From: the human T2T-CHM13v2.0 reference genome, Homo sapiens
DNA length: 64,000 bases
Strand: one strand, 5' to 3'
NCBI RefSeq assembly: GCF_009914755.1
Contig: NC_060932.1
The notes under the pieces are model-generated. The model was not told the DNA's origin and did not search any database. It worked only from the letters and a program-made list of their open reading frames with translations. This document shows, in pieces, positions 1 to 13,089 of the stretch; positions within the stretch are counted from its first letter, which is position 1; each line of letters starts with the position of its first letter. The position numbers and the translations under genes were made by a program.

Positions 1-57
1 ACCCACCTCGGCCTCTGAAAGTGCTAGGATTACATGCATGAGCCACCGCACCCAGCC
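1..57 (-). mobile_element. Alu 5' end, cut by the window edge
   Basis: acccacctcggcctctgaaagtgctaggattacatgcatgagccaccgcacccagcc is the reverse complement of the Alu left-arm start. Confidence 0.9.
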
Positions 58-778
58 ACAAGTGGGTTTTTAAAGGGAAAGAAGAGGAATTCTTGTATCG
101 TTTGTTAAGAATTCACATTAAAATAACAAGTTATTGATTGGCTATACATTGCTAAGCTGTAGTGTGTGGTATGTTATAGTGTTAATGAGGCATTATTAAG
201 TTAATTTATTTCTACTTATGGCAATAGCAAGCAATTTCAAGAGATACAATGGAGGAGTAGGATGTGATTGCTGTCTCATTTAAAACCTCTGTTGACCTTA
301 TAATTTAAAAGGACTTGCATTCCTCAGATAAAAATTTTTGTTTGTTTGTTTGGTTTTTGTTTCTTTTCTCAATGACATTTGGTTAGAAGTACTTAAGAAT
401 CTTTTACTCCAGATTTTCCTGAATATTTTAGGACAAAAGAAGTGACATGTTCTTCCTTATTAAGAGTCTCTTGTTCATAAAAACAAAAACAAAATCTCAC
501 CTTGCACGAATGCCTCACAAAATGATGTTCATCCTCAATTTCCACCTCTGTCTCAACTTCTTGTATCCAGACACGTAATTAAAGTTAGATCTCACTCTAG
601 CCTGAGCAGGAAAGTATAGTTCTTACACTGGAAGGAAATAGCATAATTACTAAAAGAGTTGTAGGATATGGCAATTAGGTACCAGCATGAAACAAAGGAA
701 TATATAAGTATTCCTTGATATATAATATATAATAAATGAAGGAGTACATAGCTTTTAAACCAGGGTTGGGTACAGTGT

Positions 779-2072
779 GTTGTGGGTTAAATTGTGTCCC
801 CACAAAAGATATGTTGAAATCCTGGGATATTGTTATTCATAATAAACACATATTGGTTCATCTCATTCCTTGGCAAAGCTCCTAAAACTCTTGGAATTTC
901 TTAAGTGATAAAAGCAATAAAGGTGAAAGGAGAATCTTGTGCCATTCATAACAAGCCCCTTTCAATCACACCTGAGTTTGTGTTAATAAGCTGATTTTTG
1001 GAAAGTCCCTAAAGATAGAGAGCTGGTTGCCAGGGGGAACTAACCATATGATAAGAAGGTTAGAACTTTTAGCTCCACCCCTGACCTTTTAAGGAAGAGG
1101 AGAAAGACTGAAAATAGAAGGTTGAGTTGATCACCAACAAACAATGATTTAATCAAAAATGCCTATATAATGAAACCTCAATAAAAACTGAAGAGGACAG
1201 GATTCAGAGAATCTCTAGGTTGGTGAAAAATAGTGGTGTTGGGAGAGTTGGTATACCCAGTGAGGGTATGGAAGCTCTGTGCCACCCACCCCCCAGCCCA
1301 ATACCTTGACCTGTGCATCTCTTCCATCTGGCTGTTTCTGAGTTGTATCCTTTTTAATAAGCCAGTAAGCACAAGTAAAGTGTTTCTTGGAATTCTGTGA
1401 GCAATTCTGGCAAATTCTCAAACCTGAAGAAGGAGTTGTGGGAACCCTCAACCTATAGCTGGTTGGTCAGAAGTATGGAAGGCCCATACGTATAATTGAC
1501 ATCTGAGGTAGTGCAGTATTTTTAGTACTAAGCCCTTAACTTGTGGGGGCTGAGCTAATTCTGGATATTACTAGTGTTAGAATTGAGTTAAACTGTAAGA
1601 TATGCAGCTGACATCCAGAGAGTTGAAGAATTTGTTCATGTTGGAAAATGCTTCAAGTTGAAACCCTGGTACTTTTGCATGTGACCTTATTTGGAAATAG
1701 GGACTTTGCAGATATTAATTAAGTTATGATGATGTCATAGTGGATTAGGGTAGGCCCCAAATGTGATGATTATTTTCCTTATCAGAAAGTTATGTGAAGA
1801 CTCGGGGACACAGGGACACACAAGGGAAATGCGATGTGACTATGGAGACACAGATTAGAGTGATGGGTCCACAGGTCTCAGGGTCCTCAAACAACCACCA
1901 GAAGATAGGAAGAGGCAAGGATCATACCCTAGAGCCTTCAGAGACAGCATGGCCCAGCTGACATCTTGAATTCAGACATCTAGCCTCCAGAACCTCCAAA
2001 GAATAAATGTCTATTGTTTTAAACCATCCAGTTTGTGGTGCTTTGTTACAATCTCCCTAGGAAACTAATACA
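779..2072 (+). mobile_element. MLT1 (MLT1B/C-like) MaLR solo LTR interrupted by a MER21-like LTR
   Basis: Start tgttgtgggttaaattgtgtcccc..gatatgttgaaatcct; resumes ~1657 with gtgaccttatttggaaatagggactttgcagat; end ctaggaaactaataca. Confidence 0.75.
824..1655. mobile_element. MER21-like LTR nested in MLT1
   Basis: gctcctaaaactcttggaatttc..., gaagctctgtgcc...ccttgacctgtgcatctcttccatctggctgtttctgagttgtatcc...aataa resemble the MER21 family; boundaries approximate. Confidence 0.6.
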
Positions 2073-2220
2073 GCGTGGGTGGAATATAAGGCCAGACAGG
2101 TAGGAGTTTGTCGGCCTCGGGACACTCTCACATTGCTCTTGCTTTAGCATCTTAGCAAGGATGCCTAGACCTTGGCCTAATACTTTCTAGATTGTCTTCT
2201 TAAAACTTGAACATGGAAAA

Positions 2221-2290
2221 ACAGTTAATTAGTTGGAGTTAATTAGACTTACAGTTAATTAGCTGGAGACCTACAGTTAATTAGTTGGAG
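2221..2290. repeat. Short imperfect tandem repeat (acagttaattagYtggag x3 plus a partial copy)
   Basis: Units visible at 2221, 2251 and 2273, partial gttaattag at 2238. Confidence 0.85.
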
Positions 2291-2789
2291 ATGTTGAAGC
2301 TGCTTTGACAGTACTCTGTAGGATCAGGAGGCTCAGAGGGTTAGGAATTTTGAAAAAATGAGAGTAACAACCCCAAACCTGACTGTATTTCCTGGGAGGG
2401 CCGAGAATATATACTCTCACAGTCAGATTTAGCCACAGAAACACTGCCTTGGGACTGGTCTCCCTCATGCAAACAGAGACGGTGGGACTTCGGCAGAGAG
2501 AGTATACAGGCCAGGTGTCAGCACTTACCATGAGAAAGATGATGGCACTCATTTAAATAAATCATGATATTCATAGAGACAAGATGAAGGATGAATGACT
2601 GACTTTTATAACTGGAAACATCAAAAGCAAACAAGCAGAAGGCTGATGTTAGCCACTAAAATGAAAAATTGCATCTCTCACCTAGTTTCTCAATCCAACC
2701 AGTTCTCAAACTTAGAGCCCATTTCTTCCAGGAAGCTGCCTGGAATGTCACTGCAAGTGTCTGAGATAAATATTCCACTAATCCTTCCT

Positions 2790-3155
2790 CAAAAGTAACT
2801 GAATCACTTACCAGAGTAACTCTGCCCTGGGGGAAAGGCAACACCAACAACTTTTGAGGGCTAATGAATACAAGGTATGAGGTGATACTGCCACCAGGCC
2901 ACCCAGAATGCTCTCATCTCCTTCCTATTTGAGTGGGGGTAGATGGAAGCCAAATGGAATTTGGGACCGGGTGTATTGTATCTCACGGTAGGTTCAGTCC
3001 ATCTATGAACTCAGCCTTTTGCTTTTTTCCCTAGTGCTTGAGTACATAATTGGGATGTACATACATAGCAGCTTGCAGGCTGTAAGACTGGTTCTCTGAT
3101 CTCTGGAATAAGAAACATGGTGAAAAGGCTGAGTCAAACATCCAAGATTGCCCCT
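2790..3155 (+). mobile_element. Degenerate ERVL-class internal fragment (protease region)
   Basis: tgggggaaaggcaacacc..ttttgagggctaatgaatac..., tgagtacataattgggatgtacatacatagcagcttgcag resemble ERVL internal sequence. Confidence 0.5.
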
Positions 3156-3303
3156 GTCAATATCCCAAAGAAAATCTCACACAGTTACATAAAGGAGCAT
3201 GCATGAGGAAGTCCATTGCAGAATTATATGTAGTGATGGGGATTAGAGGCAGTTTGGCTGTCCCTTAACTGGATGGTAGATTGTTACAGTGTGGTAGATG
3301 CAC

Positions 3304-3393
3304 TATGTTATATTATATTATATTATATTATATTATATTATATTATATTATATTATATTATATTATGTTATATTATATTATATTATTACATTA
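3304..3393. repeat. (TATTA)n microsatellite
   Basis: Near-perfect pentamer run seen directly. Confidence 0.97.
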
Positions 3394-3655
3394 TGCAACA
3401 GATAAGTTGTATACATATTGACATGGAGGGATCTTCAACATGTAGTCTTTAATGAAGCACTAAGAAATGGAATGAGTAATATATAATAAAATGAGCTACA
3501 TAAATAACATAGTTTAAAAATACATGCACACAAAAGGAACACATCTTGTAGTAATTCATAAAAAAGGATAAGATATTAAATAGCATACAATAGTTATCTG
3601 TGTAGAGGAGGGAAATGAAAGTAAAAAAAAAAAGGATAAAGGACACACATACATA

Positions 3656-3968
3656 GACCAGGCATAGAGGCTCACGCATCTTATTCCAGAAGTTTGGGAG
3701 GCCAAGATGGAAGGATCACTTGAGTGCAGGAGTTTGAGACCAGCCTAGGCATCATAGTGAGACCCTGTCTACAAAACATTAAAAAAAAATTAGCCAGGTG
3801 TGATGGTGCATGCTTGTAGTCCCAGCTACTCAGGAGGTTGGGCTGGGAGAATCGTTTGAGCCCAAGAGTTCAAGGCTGCAGTGAGCTGTGATCGGCTACT
3901 GCACTCCATCCTGGGCGACAGAGGGACACCTTATCTCTTTAAAAAAAAAAAGAAAAACACCTAAAAAA
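3656..3968 (+). mobile_element. AluJ
   Basis: Dimeric Alu with J-type features (gagcccaagagttcaaggctgcagtgagctgtgatc), A tail, 14-bp TSD gacacacatacata at 3642-3655 and 3969-3982. Confidence 0.93.
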
Positions 3969-5119
3969 GACACACATACATAAATAAACAGATGGATAAA
4001 TGAAGAAAGAATTTTTTAAAAATTAAGCTTGGGAATTGCCTGAACCAATGATGATAACGTATTATGAACTGGAGAAAATGGTGAACTCGACTTTCTGCAC
4101 CTGAAGTCCATTAAGAAAAAGAATGCCCTACAGAAAGCCCTTGTAACATATGAAAATATTAGACTGTCCATAAATAGAATAGGAAATTTAAAATGTGCCA
4201 GTTGGCTGACTAATAGCAATTGTCTAGGGGCCAGTCTCTCATTTCCAAAGAGAGAGATTCCAAAGAACAATTGGAAATAGTTCCCTAATAGAACTTCCCA
4301 TGTCCTTTTGGGACCATCTTTACATCTGGATATGGATGTCCTCTGCACAATGTGGATTCCATGTTCTAAGAAACTCTTTGATATTTTTTTTCAAACTCTG
4401 AGGGATAAGGTGCCCTTTTAGAGGTAATATCCTGTCTTCCCCTTTGACAACATTTCAAACAGTTCTTCATTAATACTCAGGAGAGTAGGATAAGAAGAAC
4501 ATTGGATATAGGGTCCTGGAAATCATTTTCAGTCCTGTTTCTCTTTGAATAAGCAGAGTTTCTCACATATAACCGTTCTGAGCCAGGACCTGGAGAGAGG
4601 CGGAAGACAGGTCTGGAGTGTATAGTACTCTTTTTATACTTCCTAGCAGCTGCTTATACAACAGTTGAACCCAGAAGGAAGGAGATGCTAGTAATATGAG
4701 CCAGAATAATTATGGCTCTTTGGAAGCAGAAAAGTGTTGTCCCGAGGATACTGTGGTAAAGCAGAATGAAGTGTGAGGATCTAACACAAGCTAAGCTGAA
4801 TCCCTGCAGCTCTGCATTTATATGGAGAGATTTTCCTTAGCCAGGGCAGAGAAAACGTGGGAGAAGTGCCTGCCAGATTAACATGATGGATATATTGAAG
4901 CCTCATAAGTACAAGCTAGAAAATGAAAAAGTGATCAAAAATGGGAAAGTTCCATTTCTGCAAGTTGTTTCATTTTCCACTTTTGTTCTGGTAGGAAATT
5001 CTAGAATCTAAATCTGAGTAGCATTAACTTTTCATCACACTTACTGTCTTGGTTTCACTACAGGATCATTAACTCATTTTATATTTCATTTAAATTTTAT
5101 TAGTTTTCTATTTATCTAG

Positions 5120-5590
5120 AGTTGCACTGTCCAATAGGATAGCCAGGAGCTACATGTAACTATTGAGTGCTCGCAATGGGATTAGTGTGCCCCAGAAATG
5201 AAATTTCAATGTTATTTCATTTTAATTCATGCATATTTAAATTTAAAAATGGGAGCACTGTGAAATACTTTTCTATTCAACACAAAACTATTGTTTTTGT
5301 AAGACTGTTTCATATTAACCATTGGAAATTTAACATTTGAATTCAGATGTGCTGTTAAGTGTAAATATACATCAAATTTTGAAGACCTAGTTTAATAAAA
5401 TAATGGAAATTATCTCATTAATAACTATATATAATTAAATTTTAAATTGTCCTATTTTGCATACATTGGGTTAAATCATATATTTTATTAAAAATAATTT
5501 TACTTTGTTCTTTTTACCTTATTACCGTGGCTCCTAGGAAACTTGTAATTTCATATATGGCACTCATTGTACTTCTATAAAGCTGTCTAA
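5120..5590. mobile_element. hAT-Charlie5-family element (MER33/MER3-like)
   Basis: gcactgtccaataggatagcc...; gaattcagatgtgctgttaagtgtaaatatacatcaaattttgaagac...attgggttaaat match MER33/MER3 motifs. Confidence 0.7.
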
Positions 5591-5609
5591 TCTGGAATAT
5601 AAATTTTTC

Positions 5610-5775
5610 TAGACTCACATTGTCTAGTACCAGAGTCACTAGTTATAAATGTCTGTTTAAATTTAAATTAATAAAAATAAAATAAAATAAAAGCATCCTG
5701 TTCCTCTGCATTATCCATACCAAGTACTCAACAGCCACTCATGGCTAGGGGCTACTGTATTGGGCACACAATCTA
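5610..5775. mobile_element. MER3-like hAT element, inverted relative to the preceding copy
   Basis: tttaaatttaaattaat...caagtactcaacagccactcatggctaggggctactgtattggg. Confidence 0.65.
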
Positions 5776-6813
5776 GGACCCTGGGGTAGATTGGATTCTA
5801 ATTCTTAAACTCTTCATGAAGCATTGCCAGGTAACATATTTTTCTCCCACAAAAGGTGTATTATAGAACATTTCCATTATTGCAGAACATTCTATTGCAG
5901 AGTGCTACTCAAGTCAATGAAACATCTCTGCCTGGGACAATACATTTCAGAGTTACACCAGTATATGCACAAGGGCCAGACTGCCAGCTCCAGGGTGGAC
6001 GATAGCTTTTGAACAACCTACTGCTGTCCATAAAGTGGCATCATATCCCTTTGCATGTTCCTTATAGAGTGGACTCAACTAGGTTTTTATCCTTAAGTTC
6101 TACTCCATCATCTTGTGCCCCAATATGGTCACTCTAGTACACTGTCTTGTGGAAGCTCTCTCACCTTTGCGGAAATGATGACCTATTTTCCCCATATGCA
6201 AAAGTGGGTAACATGAGAAGTTAAAGGTAACCTTCTTCCATATAGCTGAGAAACGGCTCTTCTCTGAAAGCACGTCTGACCCCAAGGGTGTTTGAGTTCT
6301 TTCATCTTAAATTTTTCTAAAAAGGTGTACTTTTTAGTCCGTAACCCCTGCTTCTTTGTCATAATTTGCAGAAAGATAAAATGTTTTAAATTAATAACTT
6401 TAGAAGAACTAGAAATAATGAATAGTGTTGTAGTTTTATTTGGAGCTAATAGGACAGAGGAATTGAAAAAGCATGACTTATGCTGCAGGGACTGAGAAAG
6501 CCATGAAAACAAGTATATTTGTTTTCATGCTTTATTCCTGTCGTACACATAAATAGGCACTGGATACATATTTATTGTTGCGTTTCTGTGGAAGAAAAAT
6601 AAAACTTTGGGGTCTACAAAAGAGAAACAAAAGAGACAGGGACCTGGCCCAAGATGAAGAAACAGCCCTTGAGATAACCTGAAGGAGGTCCTCTTCATGA
6701 CTTATTTATTGCATTAGTTAATTAATACAATACTAGTAAATTACTATATGCCAGGAATTTAAGATTAAAGATAAGTAAGCCATGATCTCTGCCTTCAAGA
6801 AAGGTACATTCTA

Positions 6814-7137
6814 GGCCTGGCATGGTTGCTCACGTCTGTAATCCCAGCACTTCGGGAAGCTGAGATGGGGGATGACTTCAGCCCAGGAGTTTCAGGCTAG
6901 CTTGGGCAACAATGCCGTAGGACCCTGTCTCTACCAAAAAATAATAAAAATAATAATAAGCCAGGCATGGTGGCACATAAATGGGGCATGGTGGCACTTG
7001 CCTGTGGTCCCATCTATACTCAAGAGGCTTGGGCAGGAGGAATGCTTGATCCTGGGATGTCAGGGATACAGTAAGCCGTGACCTTGCCACTGCTCTTCAG
7101 TCTGGGTGACAGAGTGAGACTGTGTCTAAAAAAAAGA
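6814..7137 (+). mobile_element. AluJ with a small internal duplication (ggcatggtggcac x2)
   Basis: Dimeric Alu, A tail, degenerate TSD aagaaaggtacattcta / aagaaaatgtaccttcta. Confidence 0.9.
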
Positions 7138-7151
7138 AAATGTACCTTCTA

Positions 7152-7346
7152 TAGCTGGGTATAAAACTTGGAATTATGACATTTTGAGGCAGATAATTCT
7201 TTGTTGCTGGGGGCTCTCCTTTCTATTGTAAGATGTTTAACAACATCTCTGGCCTCTACGCACTACGTTCAATGTCACTCCCCACCTTAATTGTGGCAAC
7301 TAAAATGTGTCATCATTGCCAAATATCCCTTCACTGAGAACCACTG
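7152..7346 (+). mobile_element. MER20 hAT DNA element
   Basis: tgacattttgaggcagataattctttgttgctggggg...aacatctctggcctctac...attgccaaatatccc...tgagaaccactg. Confidence 0.8.
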
Positions 7347-10049
7347 ATCTAGAGGGAGGTTAAATGTATAAATAGGAAAATATTTTGATGTAATAGCAGT
7401 TCTGATAGAAATACCAGCATAGTAAAATGAAGAATGAAGACATTAAGAAAGACATTTCCACCCTGTGAGTTTAGTTGGTCAAGAAAGACTTCATAAAGGT
7501 ATTATCCTGAAGACTCCTGGCCCCATGGTTTTCCCATTTACTACCACCCTAACTTTGAGACAAATGCTGAAGACAAAAATGCATCTGTTATAATAATTCC
7601 AGCAATGTAAAATTGTGTGCACAACATCTTCCAAGACCTAAATCACTTCATGAATAAATATAGGTTTTGGAGAAAACTATTTTTAAAGGTTAAGGGTCCC
7701 AAATCTAGGATTTCACACTGTAATCTATAAATGACTTTGGAAAAGATTTCCTCTTATCAATCAATTTTTTGAACATCTAGTTTCCATAAGTGCTCTTCGA
7801 GATACACAATTAGTCTTAGAAGACTAGTCTCAGCCAAAAAATATTTTATAATTTAGTTGTAGGGTGAAGGCACCAATACATGAAAACTTTAATAATATGT
7901 GGAATTATACATGGCAATGGAATTGGGTTTAACCACCCTCCTGTCCCCCTAGTTTCCAAAACTAAACTTCATATTTCATATCCCCTTCACATCATCATCT
8001 GGGAGTGAAGGTTGCAAAATCTTTTTATTTAGCTGGATAAATTGGGAAATCTTTTCTTATGGACCAACTCCATAACATCATGCAACTCCAAGGGACAACA
8101 TTCACATTGTCCTGGACAATTAACAGAGAACCATGGTCAGTTCTGATGGCATACAGGAATGTCCGTGGCCTGGTGGATTTCCTTCTTCTGATGACTTACT
8201 GGCAACTAAGATGGCAGTTGACAGAGAGTCCACACCCTGCTACAATGGAGCCACTCTAATTTGACTTCTCCTTTTGGATGACATGGGGGTACTTCCTTGA
8301 ATAAACAAAAACTTCCATGTGCCACCTTGGTGCTGGCCGCTGATGATGTTTGGCAATCCCAAGAGTCTGCCCCCACTGACAGCTCCATGTAGTCTCCCAA
8401 TAGTATCCCCTGAGTACAGATGTGGGCATTGGGTGAATGGATTATCTGGTTCCTTTTTCATTCCATTCCTGATTTTATTTTTATAGTCTATATTTTATGT
8501 GGTACTTTCTTCAGTCTTTTATTAAGAGTCTCAAAAGCCTATTTTGAAGTACAAAAATACAAATGTCTTTTGACATGGAAATGACCAAAGAAAGGTCTGT
8601 GTTACGTTTTTCATTCTTGCTCTAAAATCCTACTTTCACTCAAGGTAATATTGATGGTTCTGAATAATCATAGGGAAATTACTGGGAAGAAAGTGAAGGA
8701 AAAAAAAAGTCAAAGATTAACATTGTAAGTATTTGGGTTTTTTTTTTTTTTTTTTTTTTTTTACAAAAGAGTACAGGAAGGGGCCACAGAGAAAGTCCTG
8801 CATGGACTGGAAGAGGCCAAGAAGGCTTCTCAGATGAATAAGGGCTTGAAGCATTTCTTCTGGTGATCAGACTTTGGATAAATGGGAAAAAAATCACAAG
8901 GAGGAGAGTAAGGGGCATTCTAAGCATGAGAGTCTGTGTGAGAAAATGTCTAGAGGAAAGCTATGTTTGGAAAGATGAGATAGACCAGTCCAATTCTACT
9001 ATTACAACAGACCCAGAGGAGTTCCTTCCAAAGAAGCCTTATAGGCTTCTGATCTGAAGTCCAAAGACATGGATGTGAGTCTCACGTCTGTCACTTGCTA
9101 GCTATGAGATCTTGGGCAAGTCATTCAGTCTTTAGCTCAGCAACAGTGTCCTCAGAAATAAGTTATATCCTGTTCTACACATTGTACAGCACTGGATGAG
9201 TTCTGACTGAGAGAGGTCACTATGACTTGTTAAGCCCACTAGAAAGGCAAGAAATCAGTTTACTCTGGAATTGCCATATTGTTAAAAGTGTTGGAAACAT
9301 ATAGCTCTAATATGTCTCTATTAGCAAAATGAAACAAAGAAATGATTATTCTTTCTCCATGGCAACAAAATGGAAATTGTATGGAAGCTTAATATCAAGT
9401 ATCATTTGCCCATTTCTCATTTTTGTCATTTTTCATTTGCAAACCCAAATTGTTGTTTTAGAATTCAAACTGTCATTGTACATTTGGGAACACAAATTTT
9501 ATGTCATGCCATCCAAAGTCCATTCAAAGTCCTTCCTGACATGGCCCTGCATATAGTCCCAGCTGTGTCTGCCATCACTGTGGCATGCATGCCTTGTACT
9601 CTAGCCATGGCAAACTACTTTAGACTCTTAGAAACCAACATACCAGTCTGTCTTTGCGTATTTCATTCCCTTTGATTCAAAGGCAATTTCATTCCTTATC
9701 CACTGGGACAATCATTCTTGAAGAGCCGGCTTAAGTATTGCCTCCACTGAGAAACTTTCTCTAAGGAGTCAGAGAGTTAAGCTTTTTCCTTCCATCTAAG
9801 TAGTATCCTTTTCTTAATTAAGTAATAGTAATGGCAATAAGAGCTACCATTTATAAGACATCTATTGTATACTAAGTAATGAGTAGGGTACTTTTTAAAT
9901 GTTCTCAATTATCCTTATAAGACTCTCCTGAGGCATTGTTTAGGATATTTTTAATATTAATATTTTATATATTTATTCACATTTTTATTTTATATTTTTA
10001 TTTAAAAATAGCTTTATTAAAATTCACATACTATATGTCACCATTTTTT

Positions 10050-10362
10050 CCTTTTATTATTAGTTGATGGCTACAATTGTACATATTTATGGAATACAGA
10101 ATATTTCAGTACATGTATACAGTGTGTAATGATCATTAGCATATTCATCACCTCAAATGTTTACCATTTTTTTGTGTTGTGAACATTTGGAATTCTCTCT
10201 TCTAGCTTTGAAATATACAACAAATTCTTGTTAACCATATTTACCCCTATAGTGCTATAGAACACTAGAACTTATTTATCCCATCTAGCTTTAATTTTTT
10301 ATGTGTTAACCAACCTCTCTCTATTCTCCTTTCCCCTCTACCCTTCACAGCCTCTAATAACT
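10050..10362 (-). mobile_element. Old L1 (L1MA/L1PB-type) 3' end
   Basis: aattgtacatatttatgg...catgtatacagtgtgtaatgatca...gtgctatagaacactagaacttatt is typical antisense L1M 3'UTR. Confidence 0.7.
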
Positions 10363-10931
10363 ATATATAATTATGTTCACATTTTTTCATACTTCAGTAT
10401 TTCAGAAATTATGGTGTTTTGCAGCTGTGAGTACATTTAATGTAGTGGTTTTTCTTCCCCTTACAACCTATTATTAAGTACGGTAATTTAAAATCAATGC
10501 TGCTTTAAAATCAAGGTACTGTGGCCTGATTCTTATTTCTCAGATTTGAAAACTGGGACACAGAGAAGGCAGAGATGAATAAGCCTAAATTTTTCCACTT
10601 GTCAAATAAGCCGCTATTTCCAAAACCATGAGATTAATTGCTTAATACAAATGCAGTGTGAAATAATGTTGGAAAAACCATAGAAATGGGTGTGTAATAT
10701 TATTGGATTCAAGTTCTTGATTTATCACTTTAAAAAATATGTCACTTGGGCAAGTTACTTAAACTCTGTGCCCATGTCACATGTATTTCTTTGAAGTAAT
10801 TAACCTCATTGTTTTGAAAACACTGGCTGATTTTTCTATTACCCCCACCCCAAAATTATGAACTTGTTAAGTGGAGGAACTTAGCCTTGTTGAACTTATT
10901 TCCTCTGTTTTAGCCCACAGACCTATGATGG

Positions 10932-11638
10932 CGAAGCTGCCTTCGCAAAATTATGTCAGTAAGAGAAATCTCACATAGTTGACTCCATCTTACTTACAAT
11001 CTCCAGACTGTCCTCAGTCATTTCTGGGTTTAGATCAAGCTAACTTTGGGGGAGTAACTAAGTTTAAGGTTTAACCTTAAAGCAATGATGATAATAGCCC
11101 TTTCCAAAATGTAACCACCTTTTTAAAGCTAATAAAAGGCCAAAATATTAGGATTATGAGAAGAGCCTGAATTCTGCTAAGATGTAGGCACAGTTAAATG
11201 ATAACTAGCCATTGTTCTGGAGGTCATAAGATTTATAACTTCACCAGTTGCTCCTATAGATAACATCATTTTTGTAGAACCTAAGATTGGCCCTTTGAGA
11301 TGTTTTTCAGACTACCCCACCTGGAGTCGTGACTCATGACTCTATCAGTCCTGTGGCCCCACCCAGAGGTGAACTCAGCACATGAGGACCATTTTCCATA
11401 TCCCCATGATTCCATCTCCGACCATTCAGTGGCACCCATTCCCTAGTCCCCTGCCCACCAAACTATCCCTAAAAAACCCTAACCTTTGAGCCTTTGGGAA
11501 GACTGATTTGAGTACTAACTTCATCTTCCACATGGCCACCCTTGCATTAATTAAACTCTTTCTTTACTATAATACTACAGTCTCTGTGAATTGGTTTTGT
11601 TTGTGCAGTAGGCAGGAAGGACCTGTCAGGCAATTACA
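10932..11638 (+). mobile_element. LTR8A-like ERV1 solo LTR
   Basis: Start cgaagctgccttcgcaaaattatgtcagtaagagaaatct...gactccatctt; end gggcaggaaggacctgtcaggcaattaca-like terminus; near TSD atgg/atag. Confidence 0.8.
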
Positions 11639-13089
11639 ATAGGCATCCGACAAACACCTATTGAGTGGAAGAGGTGCTTGATTCTGTCATTGTCATTGTT
11701 ACGGTGAAAGACAAACTATAACAGAAAATCTTCCTTAGCATTCCTTTCCCTCGGGAGAAATGAATAGCCAAAAAAGATGGGTAGCCAAAAAATTGGTTTC
11801 TGAGTGTTTACACTACTTAGAGAAAAAAGAAGGAGGAAAGAATTTTTGTAAGGACAAAACTACTTATCGTTTTATTTTGAGTGTTCCAGGAACAGAAATG
11901 GTAGGCAATAATGGACAACAGAACTTTCTCTTACTCTGCCCACCTTCTCAGAGGGCTAGCCGACTGAAGATCCTTTCTAGAACACCATCATATGAAAAAC
12001 AGCTGCAGTTTGAATGTGGAAAAGCCATGCTTAGTCTCCTTGGGAAGTAGTTTTGATTAACTGCAGAAAGAAACACTCTACTATTATTAAAACCTGCAGC
12101 AGAAACAGAGTGGATCCAAAGCTGTTTACTCGAAGGAGTCTGGAACATAAATGAGGATGAGCAATAAATAGATAAAGAAATATAAATGCACATTTAAATG
12201 TAGTTTCCTTTAAGCTGCAGTTTTCAGTCTATTACTGATTTTTAGTTATCACAATTCTTAGCTCTATTTTTTACTTTATGGTGAAACCCAATGAATCAGA
12301 GGAGCAAAGAGCAGGAAATAAAAGACAAAAATATGTGAGTTTCAACAAACTAACTTTGAATTATCGGCTGTTTTATTAAAGAATAACAAGGCATTAGAGA
12401 AGTAGCAGTTGTTTTGAATTATCCACTAGTTGGGACAAACCCATATTAGAATAATGAGATGAGATGTTATTCCATTACACAACCTCATGAAACTGTTTGT
12501 AGCTTCCTTTCCAGCACAGATTTTTTTCATATTTCACTTTAAAGAGAATTCAAATACCAAAAGCCTATGAACAAACTCAAGGACTTCATCTTTTGTCCTT
12601 GAAGTAAAATGCAACTACTTTAAATAAGTTATTAATGTCTTCAGTTTAATTCACCATTCTTGTTTGCACACTGTAGCCCAAACTGCAAAGGCTAACGGAC
12701 ACAGACCAGCTAAAATTGATTGCTGAAAAAATTAGGAATCACTGGCAAAAGTGACTTGGAAGAGTGTAATAATTTTACATCTTTGATAGTTTTTCTTCTT
12801 GAAAATTATAAAAGTGGACATGGTTCATTGACATCTCTGTCAATAACATGAGGCTTACAAATGCAGAAACAGGTGGATATCTTGCCTTGTTGATAAGAAA
12901 ACAGGATGGCTGCAAACTATTTGGGTTCCATGATTCTCGCTGTGTAGTATACTTACACAAAATTGGTTCTCCGGCATAGAGCTTCCCAACGAGTATGCCA
13001 GTCATAGGCTTGCCAGATATATTGATTTTCTTGGCCCTCCAGGAGGAAGGCAGGGCCTAGGTTGGCCTAGTCAGTTGCTTCAAGCAGCA

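Noticed and set aside
5120-5775. Long imperfect inverted repeat
   Set aside because: Explained by adjacent Charlie5-family MER3/MER33 elements, which are internally palindromic.
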